Shown here: one piece after another, positions 1-13,700 of the stretch
Layout: every line of letters begins with the position of its first letter
Position numbering within the stretch: position 1 is the stretch's first letter
From: Antedon mediterranea
Taxonomy: Eukaryota > Animalia > Echinodermata
Length of the DNA stretch: 64,000 bases
Direction: 5' to 3'
NCBI RefSeq assembly: GCF_964355755.1
Contig: NC_092675.1
Span: forward strand, 3,529,812-3,593,811
Notes under the pieces: model-generated
Told to the model about the DNA's origin: nothing
Databases searched by the model: none
The model's input: the letters and a program-made list of their open reading frames with translations, nothing else
Translations under genes and position numbers: made by a program

Positions 1-3000
1 TGTGTATGCCATCTGTAATAAACCCACCTGCATTGTTTTTAATACCTCTGTGTGTATGCCATCTGTAATAAACCCACCTGCATTGTTTTTAATACCTCTG
101 TGTGTATGCCATCTGTAATAAACCCACCTGCATTGTTTTTAATACCTCTGTGTGTATGCCATCTGTAATAAACCCACCTGCATTGTTTTTAATACCTCTG
201 TGTGTATGCCATCTGTAATAAACCCACCTGCATTGTTTTTAATACCTCTGTGTGTATGCCATCTGTAATAAACCCACCTGCATTGTTTTTAATACCTCTG
301 TGTGTATGCCATCTGTAATAAACCCACCTGCATTGTTTTTAATACCTCTGTGTGTATGCCATCTGTAATAAACCCACCTGCATTGTTTTTAATACCTCTG
401 TGTGTATGCCATCTGTAATAAACCCACCTGCATTGTTTTTAATACCTCTGTGTGTATGCCATCTGTAATAAACCCACCTGCATTGTTTTTAATACCTCTG
501 TGTGTATGCCATCTGTAATAAACCCACCTGCATTGTTTTTAATACCTCTGTGTGTATGCCATCTGTAATAAACCCACCTGCATTGTTTTTAATACCTCTG
601 TGTGTATGCCATCTGTAATAAACCCACCTGCATTGTTTTTAATACCTCTGTGTGTATGCCATCTGTAATAAACCCACCTGCATTGTTTTTAATACCTCTG
701 TGTGTATGCCATCTGTAATAAACCCACCTGCATTGTTTTTAATACCTCTGTGTGTATGCCATCTGTAATAAACCCACCTGCATTGTTTTTAATACCTCTG
801 TGTGTATGCCATCTGTAATAAACCCACCTGCATTGTTTTTAATACCTCTGTGTGTATGCCATCTGTAATAAACCCACCTGCATTGTTTTTAATACCTCTG
901 TGTGTATGCCATCTGTAATAAACCCACCTGCATTGTTTTTAATACCTATGTGTGTATGCCATCTGTAATAAACCCACCTGCATTGTTTTTAATACCTCTG
1001 TGTGTATGCCATCTGTAATAAACCAACCTGCATTGTTTTTAATACCTCTGTGTGTATGCCATCTGTAATAAACCCACCTGCATTGTTTTTAATACCTCTG
1101 TGTGTATGCCATCTGTAATAAACCCACCTGCATTGTTTTTAATACCTCTGTGTGTATGCCATCTGTAATAAACCCACCTGCATTGTTTTTAATACCTCTG
1201 TGTGTATGCCATCTGTAATAAACCCACCTGCATTGTTTTTAATACCTCTGTGTGTATGCCATCTGTAATAAACCCACCTGCATTGTTTTTAATACCTCTG
1301 TGTGTATGCCATCTGTAATAAACCCACCTGCATTGTTTTTAATACCTCTGTGTGTATGCCATCTGTAATAAACCCACCTGCATTGTTTTTAATACCTCTG
1401 TGTGTATGCCATCTGTAATAAACCCACCTGCATTGTTTTTAATACCTCTGTGTGTATGCCATCTGTAATAAACCCACCTGCATTGTTTTTAATACCTCTG
1501 TGTGTATGCCATCTGTAATAAACCCACCTGCATTGTTTTTAATACCTCTGTGTGTATGCCATCTGTAATAAACCCACCTGCATTGTTTTTAATACCTCTG
1601 TGTGTATGCCATCTGTAATAAACCCACCTGCATTGTTTTTAATACCTCTGTGTGTATGCCATCTGTAATAAACCCACCTGCATTGTTTTTAATACCTCTG
1701 TGTGTATGCCATCTGTAATAAACCCACCTGCATTGTTTTTAATACCTCTGTGTGTATGCCATCTGTAATAAACCCACCTGCATTGTTTTTAATACCTCTG
1801 TGTGTATGCCATCTGTAATAAACCCACCTGCATTGTTTTTAATACCTCTGTGTGTATGCCATCTGTAATAAACCCACCTGCATTGTTTTTAATACCTCTG
1901 TGTGTATGCCATCTGTAATAAACCCACCTGCATTGTTTTTAATACCTCTGTGTGTATGCCATCTGTAATAAACCCACCTGCATTGTTTTTAATACCTCTG
2001 TGTGTATGCCATCTGTAATAAACCCACCTGCATTGTTTTTAATACCTCTGTGTGTATGCCATCTGTAATAAACCCACCTGCATTGTTTTTAATACCTCTG
2101 TGTGTATGCCATCTGTAATAAACCCACCTGCATTGTTTTTAATACCTCTGTGTGTATGCCATCTGTAATAAACCCACCTGCATTGTTTTTAATACCTCTG
2201 TGTGTATGCCATCTGTAATAAACCCACCTGCATTGTTTTTAATACCTCTGTGTGTATGCCATCTGTAATAAACCCACCTGCATTGTTTTTAATACCTCTG
2301 TGTGTATGCCATCTGTAATAAACCCACCTGCATTGTTTTTAATACCTCTGTGTGTATGCCATCTGTAATAAACCCACCTGCATTGTTTTTAATACCTCTG
2401 TGTGTATGCCATCTGTAATAAACCCACCTGCATTGTTTTTAATACCTCTGTGTGTATGCCATCTGTAATAAACCCACCTGCATTGTTTTTAATACCTCTG
2501 TGTGTATGCCATCTGTAATAAACCCACCTGCATTGTTTTTAATACCTCTGTGTGTATGCCATCTGTAATAAACCCACCTGCATGGTTTTTAATACCTCTG
2601 TGTGTATGCCATCTGTAATAAACCCACCTGCATTGTTTTTAATACCTCTGTGTGTATGCCATCTGTAATAAACCCACCTGCATTGTTTTTAATACCTCTG
2701 TGTGTATGCCATCTGTAATAAACCCACCTGCATTGTTTTTAATACCTCTGTGTGTATGCCATCTGTAATAAACCCACCTGCATTGTTTTTAATACCTCTG
2801 TGTGTATGCCATCTGTAATAAACCCACCTGCATTGTTTTTAATACCTCTGTGTGTATGCCATCTGTAATAAACCCACCTGCATTGTTTTTAATACCTCTG
2901 TGTGTATGCCATCTGTAATAAACCCACCTGCATTGTTTTTAATACCTCTGTGTGTATGCCATCTGTAATAAACCCACCTGCATTGTTTTTAATACCTCTG

Positions 3001-5684
3001 TGTGTATGCCATCTGTAATAAACCCACCTGTATTGTTTTTAATACCTCTGTGTGTATGCCATCTGTAATAAACCCACCTGCATTGTTTTTAATACCTCTG
3101 TGTGTATGCCATCTGTAATAAACCCACCTGCATTGTTTTTAATACCTCTGTGTGTATGCCATCTGTAATAAACCCACCTGCATTGTTTTTAATACCTCTG
3201 TGTGTATGCCATCTGTAATAAACCCACCTGCATTGTTTTTAATACCTCTGTGTGTATGCCATCTGTAATAAACCCACCTGCATTGTTTTTAATACCTCTG
3301 TGTGTATGCCATCTGTAATAAACCCACCTGCATTGTTTTTAATACCTCTGTGTGTATGCCATCTGTAATAAACCCACCTGCATTGTTTTTAATACCTCTG
3401 TGTGTATGCCATCTGTAATAAACCCACCTGCATTGTTTTTAATACCTCTGTGTGTATGCCATCTGTAATAAACCCACCTGCATTGTTTTTAATACCTCTG
3501 TGTGTATGCCATCTGTAATAAACCCACCTGCATTGTTTTTAATACCTCTGTGTGTATGCCATCTGTAATAAACCCACCTGCATTGTTTTTAATACCTCTG
3601 TGTGTATGCCATCTGTAATAAACCCACCTGCATTGTTTTTAATACCTCTGTGTGTATGCCATCTGTAATAAACCCACCTGCATTGTTTTTAATACCTCTG
3701 TGTGTATGCCATCTGTAATAAACCCACCTGCATTGTTTTTAATACCTCTGTGTGTATGCCATCTGTAATAAACCCACCTGCATTGTTTTTAATACCTCTG
3801 TGTGTATGCCATCTGTAATAAACCCACCTGCATTGTTTTTAATACCTCTGTGTGTATGCCATCTGTAATAAACCCACCTGCATTGTTTTTAATACCTCTG
3901 TGTGTATGCCATCTGTAATAAACCCACCTGCATTGTTTTTAATACCTCTGTGTGTATGCCATCTGTAATAAACCCACCTGCATTGTTTTTAATACCTCTG
4001 TGTGTATGCCATCTGTAATAAACCCACCTGCATTGTTTTTAATACCTCTGTGTGTATGCCATCTGTAATAAACCCACCTGCATTGTTTTTAATACCTCTG
4101 TGTGTATGCCATCTGTAATAAACCCACCTGCATTGTTTTTAATACCTCTGTGTGTATGCCATCTGTAATAAACCCACCTGCATTGTTTTTAATACCTCTG
4201 TGTGTATGCCATCTGTAATAAACCCACCTGCATTGTTTTTAATACCTCTGTGTGTATGCCATCTGTAATAAACCCACCTGCATTGTTTTTAATACCTCTG
4301 TGTGTATGCCATCTGTAATAAACCCACCTGCATTGTTTTTAATACCTCTGTGTGTATGCCATCTGTAATAAACCCACCTGCATTGTTTTTAATACCTCTG
4401 TGTGTATGCCATCTGTAATAAACCCACCTGCATTGTTTTTAATACCTCTGTGTGTATGCCATCTGTAATAAACCCACCTGCATTGTTTTTAATACCTCTG
4501 TGTGTATGCCATCTGTAATAAACCCACCTGCATTGTTTTTAATACCTCTGTGTGTATGCCATCTGTAATAAACCCACCTGCATTGTTTTTAATACCTCTG
4601 TGTGTATGCCATCTGTAATAAACCCACCTGCATTGTTTTTAATACCTCTGTGTGTATGCCATCTGTAATAAACCCACCTGCATTGTTTTTAATACCTCTG
4701 TGTGTATGCCATCTGTAATAAACCCACCTGCATTGTTTTTAATACCTCTGTGTGTATGCCATCTGTAATAAACCCACCTGCATTGTTTTTAATACCTCTG
4801 TGTGTATGCCATCTGTAATAAACCCACCTGCATTGTTTTTAATACCTCTGTGTGTATGCCATCTGTAATAAACCCACCTGCATTGTTTTTAATACCTCTG
4901 TGTGTATGCCATCTGTAATAAACCCACCTGCATTGTTTTTAATACCTCTGTGTGTATGCCATCTGTAATAAACCCACCTGCATTGTTTTTAATACCTCTG
5001 TGTGTATGCCATCTGTAATAAACCCACCTGCATTGTTTTTAATACCTCTGTGTGTATGCCATCTGTAATAAACCCACCTGCATTGTTTTTAATACCTCTG
5101 TGTGTATGCCATCTGTAATAAACCCACCTGCATTGTTTTTAATACCTCTGTGTGTATGCCATCTGTAATAAACCCACCTGCATTGTTTTTAATACCTCTG
5201 TGTGTATGCCATCTGTAATAAACCCACCTGCATTGTTTTTAATACCTCTGTGTGTATGCCATCTGTAATAAACCCACCTGCATTGTTTTTAATACCTCTG
5301 TGTGTATGCCATCTGTAATAAACCCACCTGCATTGTTTTTAATACCTCTGTGTGTATGCCATCTGTAATAAACCCACCTGCATTGTTTTTAATACCTCTG
5401 TGTGTATGCCATCTGTAATAAACCCACCTGCATTGTTTTTAATACCTCTGTGTGTATGCCATCTGTAATAAACCCACCTGCATTGTTTTTAATACCTCTG
5501 TGTGTATGCCATCTGTAATAAACCCACCTGCATTGTTTTTAATACCTCTGTGTGTATGCCATCTGTAATAAACCCACCTGCATTGTTTTTAATACCTCTG
5601 TGTGTATGCCATCTGTAATAAACCCACCTGCATTGTTTTTAATACCTCTGTGTGTATGCTATCTGTAATAAACCCACCTGCATT
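1..5684. repeat. 50-bp tandem satellite array, about 113.7 copies in the window, continuing beyond the left edge
   Basis: Unit TGTGTATGCCATCTGTAATAAACCCACCTGCATTGTTTTTAATACCTCTG repeated head to tail. I saw only about 5 single-base variants (near 948, 1025, 2584, 3031, 5660). Confidence 0.99.
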
Positions 5685-5754
5685 ATGATATTTAATTGTG
5701 TGTACAATATCAACCTGTATTTATACTATATCAAAATTAGTCAATCTACAATAT

Positions 5755-5855
5755 CCACCTGTATATGTGATATCACCACCTGTATGTGTGATATCACCAC
5801 CACCTGTATGTGTGATATCACCACCACCTGTAGGTGTGATATCACCACCTGTATG
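5755..5855. repeat. Short 21-24 bp tandem repeat (CACCTGTATGTGTGATATCAC[CAC]), about 4.5 copies
   Basis: Directly visible. It shares the CACCTG core with the adjacent satellite and explains spurious ORFs 5652..5900 and 5698..5886. Confidence 0.85.
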
Positions 5856-5947
5856 CAGAGATCAGTGCTTTTTATTTATAGTGTGATTTCTGACATTTGA
5901 AAATGTACAAATATTGTTTATTTTGTATATATTAGTCATTATAACAG

Positions 5948-6751
5948 GTCAAATGATCATCGTTCATTTTATGGTGGTAATTTCAGCCAAGTAAGATGCT
6001 ACAATTGTTATGAATTAGGTCACATGGCCAACTACTGCCCAAAATGTCCACAACGCAACAAGGTAAGATTGGAATAAAAATTTGGTATTTCTTAAAGTAA
6101 AATGGAAGTTTTATTTTATGTATATTTATGGCGATCCTGTATTGGTATTTTCCTTGATACACTCTTGGATCTTGAATACAAAATAAATAAATTAAAATAA
6201 CAAATTTAACTACATACTGAACATTTTGAATGAAATTCTGATTAAAAAATTTCAACAGGTAGTTGGTATTATGCTTTATAAAGATCTGTCTTCACTATCA
6301 AACTAGTTTGACAAAAAAAGTGTGATGTGCACATATTATGGTAGTGATATTCCCAAATATGGTAGTGATATGACATCATCATGTTCATATGGGTACATCA
6401 CATTTTTGTTGTCACAGAAAGTTTGAAAGTGTAGACAGAGCTTAAGATTTATGTAACAAAATGTCCAGATGTTATTAATATTTACACAATTGCTGCTGAA
6501 GGTGGAATATATCATGCAAATGCATTGTCACTGTTAATCTTATGGCAGTGATTCCTGGGTGATAGTTAGGCTACAGTATGTGAATGATCAGAGAGAAAAG
6601 CATATTTCTATATTTCTTTTTCTTAATCCTCATAAAAAAATCTATATTTGATTCTGAACATGAACAGAATTGGCTCCTAATGTGATATATAACATTTTAT
6701 TAAATTTAATTTTTTTATCAGGTTTTTTCAAGAGACCCTCGAAAGAAATGA
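5948..6751 (+). CDS. 3' end of a CCHC zinc-knuckle protein gene (CPSF4/CPSF30-like knuckle); exons 5948-6062 and 6722-6751
   Basis: Exon 5948-6062 (acag| ... |gtaag) reads SNDHRSFYGGNFSQVRCYNCYELGHMANYCPKCPQRNK, with a C-x2-C-x4-H-x4-C knuckle that resembles CPSF4 QVTCYKCGEKGHYANRCTK. A phase-0 join to the acceptor at 6721 (ttttttatcag|) gives VFSRDPRKK-stop. Upstream exons lie outside the window, so gene identity is uncertain. Confidence 0.6.
6282..6442. mobile_element. PIF/Harbinger-type MITE, family A
   Basis: Imperfect TIRs (AGCTCTGTCTACACTATCAAACT-like) flanked by TAA/TAA. Homologous copies at about 15637-15755, 49833-49932, 62268-62352 and 62745-62884. Confidence 0.75.
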
Positions 6752-7715
6752 AGAAAGCAAAAGAAGGAATATTTCTCGACAACCAAAGTTGGATGGTTTA
6801 TGTTTGATTTATTCTTCAAAGGAGCAATTGTTAGAAGTAGTTTTTGTTACTTAATATGTTTACATGTGATATTCTGTATCTCTTTGCATCAACTTGTGTA
6901 CGTACCATTATCACAGCATGGAGTAGTAGTGGCTTGGTTTATTATCAGTTCATCATATGTTAACATGTTGTGTATGTGTAAGTCCATGTATTAATTAGTT
7001 TAAATACTTCAGTAAGCATCTGTTATGACCTACTACTTCCCGATCTCTTTTTCTACACACATTTAATATAGAGTTGTTTAATGTTTAGTATAGAAGTTGC
7101 ACTCCCTATGTTTGTTTAACTTTAGACATTTTTATAAAGCTAAACTTACTACTATACTTATAGAGTACAGATAAAGAAAAACCATTGATAGGAAAATATT
7201 TGTTGAAACAGTATCTGTTTCATAATGAACATGTTCAATTGAAAAATTCTAGAATTATGTTAAGAATTTTGAAAGGTTTTCATTTATTATGAGCAGTGTT
7301 AGAAATAAGTATACTATTTTCAGAAGTCAAACAAGATGTTGTTTACATACACGGAACACACTTTTAATTGATCATACAATTTCATTTCAAATTTATTTTT
7401 TCATGTATTTTCTATATATCAATACGGTTCGGAACATCATTCACTCACAAGTTAGCAAAAGATAAATATTACTATGCATTTAGTTTAGTATATATACCGT
7501 AAAGGAAGCATTTCAAGTTATTTAAAAAGTGTTTTTTTTATTAAATAAAACCAGCGTTTTTCACCCAAAAAGTAAATGTTGCCGAGGTTTTGTTTGTTAT
7601 TATTAACTTTACTAGCCATTCGTTTCAATATTGATAGCGCCAATGTTTGGTGGCAACGGTAGGCAGGGTAGATAATACAACAAATTTCAAAACCATATAA
7701 AAAATTTTTTTAAGA

Positions 7716-10700
7716 TTAACCATAATAAGCGTAGAAGAATATTCCACAAGCAATCAAAATAACCAGGTTCACATTCAGAATGCGAATCCATTTAGGTTTC
7801 TCATACAGTGAGACTTGCATATCTTGATTACGGTTTCCATGTGATACACGAGGCTTGTTTGTGTTCAAAGTTCTCAGTGGGAATCCGCATACAACTAAAA
7901 ACAACCAAGATCCTATGGAATCTGTAAACGGAAAATGGTACAGTCAGTATCAAATTCGGGTACAAATAACCGGGTCTGTTATGTAATACCGATTTCAATA
8001 GGAATAAATATTGAGAAACCAACTACAGGTAGTTATTAAATGCCGTTTTTTAAATCTTATTTTAATAGTTAACTTACACATTACACCCCGATTTTTGGTT
8101 GCCGTGTTCTTCCCATTTGAATCAATACTCTTTTTTTGTTCCTCGGATTTCATCTCCTCTATATCTTGGTTTTCTTTAAACGCGCCATTTTCAGTCACTT
8201 CCGTATTTGTTTTGCCATTTGTATCATCACCATTATAGTTCAAGTGTTTTGTCCAAAAGGTCAAACCATTTAACTGTTGGAAGAATGCCTAATTAGTTAA
8301 TATTGTATTTTCAAGATTATACAGGTATAAATAAATAATTTACATTGCAAAATGAGAGAATACAATTTGCCGGTACCCATTCCATAATAATTATTACTTA
8401 TTAATTTTACAAATTTAAATAAAATGTAAAAAGTAAATCAATATTTTGTTTTCATCTCGACATGTTTTATTTTCCAATATACATACCAAACTTACTCATT
8501 AAATATAATAATTTTTTATTCATTTAGTCGAACATACGCAATTTTTGAGAATTAAGATCTATCTTTCTAACATTATTAGTGTTACAGGAGTAAAAGTAAA
8601 AACAAACAAAAAACCCACCCACTTTTTAATTCCATTTTGATGTTTAAATAATGAATGTGCCTACTCTGTCACGGATACAAATAAAGTGCGTAAATAGTTC
8701 ACTTGGTTATATATTTTTTCCAATAAACTGTAATAAAGTCAACGTACATTTCATTTTCAAATGGTAAGAATATGCCGATAACTAACACTGACGCTGGTTT
8801 TTTATGACATCAACAGTATTAAAAAAGATTTGTGTAATAAAACGTTTTTGGAATGGAAAGAATATGTCCATGAGTTTCAAGATATTCTCCTAAAACATCC
8901 AGTATGTGTATAATATTCAATATACGTACTTTGTTTAGTGGAATAGGCTTTGTAAACAGACTAACAATCACAGTAACCAACACCGTAGATCCAAACAGAA
9001 AACAAGCAAAGTGTAAATAATGGAAATTCTTGATAAGTTTTGGCCGATCATCCGTTTCAGTACAAGATGGTGGTGTGGAGGTAAAATCCAATACCAGTCG
9101 AATAAATCCAAAAACTAGCGCAGACATAAGACCCCAAAATGCACCCTGTTTTAAATAAATCCATAGCAATGAAACATTGGATATTAAACAAAAGATAATA
9201 ATGCTTTTAAAATTTATCCTTCAGTAATATCCAACAATAATGGTAGTATTAATATCCGTTTTACCTGTTCGTTTGCTCGTGTCCAAAATACAGCAATCAA
9301 AAACGTTGCAAAAAGTGGCGGGGCAAAGTAAGACACCATAGATTGGACATAAACAAACAGCTCACCAGTTCCATATTTTTCAACCACCGGCAACCACAAT
9401 ATGCTCACAATCACAAGTACTACAGTACTAACCCTAGAAAGAATGCATTGAGGAAAGATTCGCAACTTATAAACACCAAATATAAGATATAATTTCATAG
9501 TAAATTTTCCTTTGTGTTTTATTTCTAATGTTTTGTTATACGGTTATTATTGTTTTTTAGAAACGGATGTAACAATAAGTTTTCTTTCTCATTATTTGGG
9601 TGGGGTTTTTTCGATATAAATTTTTGCAATTCTTATTCCTATACAAATAAAATATCCAGTTTAGTAACAGCAGTAAATTACCTTTTACAAAATATTAAAA
9701 CTTATTATAGAGAATATTTTATTACCGGCCTACAATCATCAATTCCGCTTCTGATGCTTTACTTCTAATCCTAGGCCAGATGTCAATGGTGAAAATTGTA
9801 CTAGCACTGTTGAAAATTGAAGTCAATGAACTCATAAGAGCGGCTATCATGGCTGCCATCATTAGTCCCCTTAGGCCTGTTGTAGACAAATGCATTAAAA
9901 CAATTTTTATTCTGTTTGAAAGAAATGCGTGTGATGATAAGCAATACAATACAAACTTCGCAATTGACCGAAAAATTACAAGTTGTCCGCATTATTTCAA
10001 AACTATTATTAAGTCCTACTATCTTGCTCAGAAAACAAAAATTTAACCAAATTTCCATTTCCAGAAACCAATTAGTGAAAATTATTGGTTTCTTTCATCC
10101 AGTTCTGCTGTTAAGTATATGTATTATGATATTTGTTAATAACATTTAAAAATAACGTTACTAGTCTACAATGTTTTTAGCAATTGATTCTAATGTTGAA
10201 CAAAATATCGCTAGAAATACCATGTAAATAAAATATTTTAATAAGTAAATGTTTGGTTAAATTCAATAAAATTATAGAGTACCTCTAGCAATTTTGATAA
10301 TTTAGAGTAGTTATCTAATATGTTGTTGATCCTCTGTCTTTTCCTGTCTGCTATTATCTATATTTTTAAATTGTATTATTCCCTTTTGATGTCTCAACAC
10401 CATTTGACTTACCAGTAGGCATCAATTCCATTACTAGCTTTGGATATGCAATGTTAGTACAACCAGCAGCAACACCACATACAGCCTCACATGTTGAAGG
10501 ATCAGCACATGCTACCTCGTCTGAAAATTGACAATAACGGTGTCAATCTGAATTAATATTAATGATAAATGTTATACGTATGTACAAATGTGTCGCCACC
10601 GTCATTGTCTGTGTGGTCATCGTCATTGTCTTTGTGGTCATCGTCGTCATCATGATCACCATTATCACGATCATCACCATCATCATTGTTAGTGCAAATG

Positions 10701-13700
10701 CAAATAAAGTTTTATTGCGAACAGATTATAATAGAATCATTGAAGCATGTAAACTTATTCGGAGTTGTGCTGTAACACACACACCTGGTGCTTGTTATGC
10801 AAATTAGGCTTGTCTATTATGTTGACTTGGTCAGTAAACTGTTGTACTTGGTAGTTTGAAGACTTAGTCTTTGCTTGTTGTATGCTGTTAACAGCATAGG
10901 CTAGTGCTGTTAGCTGTTATTAGTTTACTTTAGAGGCATATCTTTGGTGAGTGCTTACAATTTAACACAGAGTTTGTTGTATCTATGTATCATTTTAAGT
11001 ATGATACAGACTTCAGTTTGTTTTCAACTGTAGTTATTAGGCTATAGTCTTATGTAGAGATGTACTAGGTATTATACGCCATGGTACTGCTGCATGTTAG
11101 TACTCAACATTTATTTTGTGACATATTAGGCCTATAGTCAAACAGGATTCAGGAATAAGGCGTTCGATGAGAAACCGCAATAAAAGAAACTGAATTGCAA
11201 TCTTGTCTTGAAGTTATTCATCAATATTAGTAACATCATTATTAAGTAGGCCTATTCTCATATTGTCTTTTTAGTATCGTCGTCATCATCTTCCTATCAA
11301 TATTAGGAATATTTTTATTATCATTTTTTTCGGCAAACTTTTACCTGGATATAGAGCCCTGCTTATCATACCGGGAAAAATCATCAAAAACATTGGAAGA
11401 ATCTTGAAATAACCAGCCATCATTGCACCAGCTTTAGCGTGTGTCAGGTTTTTTGCAGATAATGATCTTTGAACTATTAACTATATTAAACATTTTAACA
11501 TATAAGTCAAACTATCCTTTATACACATACTATCATGCGTTTGAACGAATTACAATTCTATCAAACTATGTACTATTTCATTATTATACGGCTTTACCAC
11601 GTTGAAACACCGGTTCTCGTCAGATCACCGAAGTTAAGCAACGTTGGGCCTGGTTAGAGCTTGGATGGGAGACCATCTGGGAATAGCGGGTGCTGTATAC
11701 GGAGCTGGGGTCCCATTAGGCATTTGAAATCAGCACTGCTGACTCTTATGGCAGCCCCTGCATCTAGTATCTGCCTCAGACCTCTGGTCAAGGTGGGCAC
11801 TGGACGAGAGAAGCCCTTGATCAATATCAGGACCAATCAAGGTGCTTTAAACAGTCCTGGCTTTGTTTGTATCAAACCTGTTAGTGGCGGTAATTATCGC
11901 TGTTGGTTTCGATTGAATAAAATAAAAATAAAATAAAATTACTTTTCTAATTCGTTAAGAATTATGTTACTATTCGTATGATCAGGGAAGAGTGAAATTG
12001 TAATTTAACTCTTCACTGGTATATATCGGTCGCTTGAATCAATTTTTAAACTAATGCATAATATTATAACATTATAAATACACCATCAAATCGTCTGCAT
12101 TGACGATGCATAATATAATTAAATGTTGATGATGTAGACACCTAATTGATATACCTGTTTTCAAATAAAATATTCATTCAAATGATTGTTTTGTTATTAC
12201 TAAAGCGTCTTAATAATGAATTATTAAACACAATTTATTTCCGTTAATCTATCATCTGATTTTGTTAAGATCACTAATAATGTTGGTTTGGAAAAGCCCG
12301 AATGGAATAGGCCTACGTTGCAGAGTATAAAGAACCTTTCTCTTTCTGTTGTTTTTGTTATGTTTTTGTGTAAATAGTAGTTTGGCCAAAATAAAATTTT
12401 TTTAAATACCTGATTTGTGCAGAAGAACCAACCAGATAATATGTGAATTCCAAAAAAAACTCCAGGCCAGGGCATTGCTGGATCTTTTGCACTTCTGAAT
12501 ATGTGGAAAGAGTCATTGCCAGGAATGCCACATGTAGTGTTACCCCAGAGTAATGTGGTATTCGGAATGGCTGCCATGTACTTATTACGTAGATTTTCCA
12601 TCCCACCTATTTTGATGAATGCTAAAGTAAAGTTGTATTAATTTGTATACGATAACCAGTAGTGTACTTTCGGTATTTTTTTCTAGAGTAGGATTTCTAA
12701 TGAATGGGATATTCGTACTGTAAATACTAGTACATTGGTAAAAAATACCCGTGTATTATAGAATTCAACACAACACGTTATAATTCAGATAATAAAAGTA
12801 ATGACCATTTCTTAACAGTGCATTAAAAAAGAGTTAAAGTCTCATTCAAATTTATGGAAACGGAAAATAATAAGTACAAAATAACTTACAAAAAAGAAAA
12901 AACAATACAATTATATTATACCTAAAATCGTCAGGATAAATGCACCAAAAAGCATGATGACCGACTGAAACGCGTCCGTGTATATAACAGCCTTTAGACC
13001 TCCGACAACCGTATAAATAGCTGTCAATCCTAGCATTAAACAAACTGAAAAGTAGAGCGGCCATTCGAGTACCTGTTGAATTATGATTGCACCTGCGTAC
13101 ATTTCGCCCTAAAATCAAAACAATAGATTTGAACAATAATTTAGACATCAAAGGTATTATGACGAACGATGCTAAAACGTACAGACTGCTTAACCTCTCA
13201 GTATACCATTGGATGGTTTCGGAAATTATTCACTTTATAGCACACAGGAGGAGTTCTACTCTTGATTATTAGGCTACTCTAATACAAAACAGAGTATTTG
13301 AAGTTACAAGTTGTCTTACCGAAATTGACGCGATGACGATTAATATCAGCGTCACTACAGCAATGTACATGCGCACACGATTTCCTCCGTAACGCTTCTT
13401 CAAATATTCAGGCATTGTATACGCCTAAAATGAAGATAAATATTACGTATACTTAACACTAGTAATATGGAGAAATAATATGTTAATCCAGACATACAAG
13501 GACTTTAGTACAGTATCGCTGGCTTTCCTATCTATCTTGCTTATTACTAGCATGCTTTATTATTCACTTTTATTTCAAATATCAAAAAATTGACCAAAAT
13601 TACAACTCGTGGCTAAGAGCCAAATTGCGTGTAAAATACATGTCATATCAAAAATATAAATGCTTATTACTATCTTGCTTATTACGAGTTTGCTTATTAC

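Noticed and set aside
1-5684. CRISPR-like array (also considered for 60714-60914)
   Set aside because: Units are contiguous and identical with no spacers, the context is eukaryotic, and there are no cas genes.
6722-6807. Integrin-alpha cytoplasmic GFFKR motif in one frame of this exon
   Set aside because: The upstream exon ends in phase 0, giving VFSRDPRKK-stop, and no transmembrane exon precedes it. Treated as coincidence.
10771-11123. Possible solo LTR (TGTAACA...TGTGACA)
   Set aside because: No matching TSD and no second copy in the window.
11584-11697. Functional 5S rRNA gene
   Set aside because: Single intronic copy with substitutions, altered termini and no terminator, fused to a body and A-rich tail.
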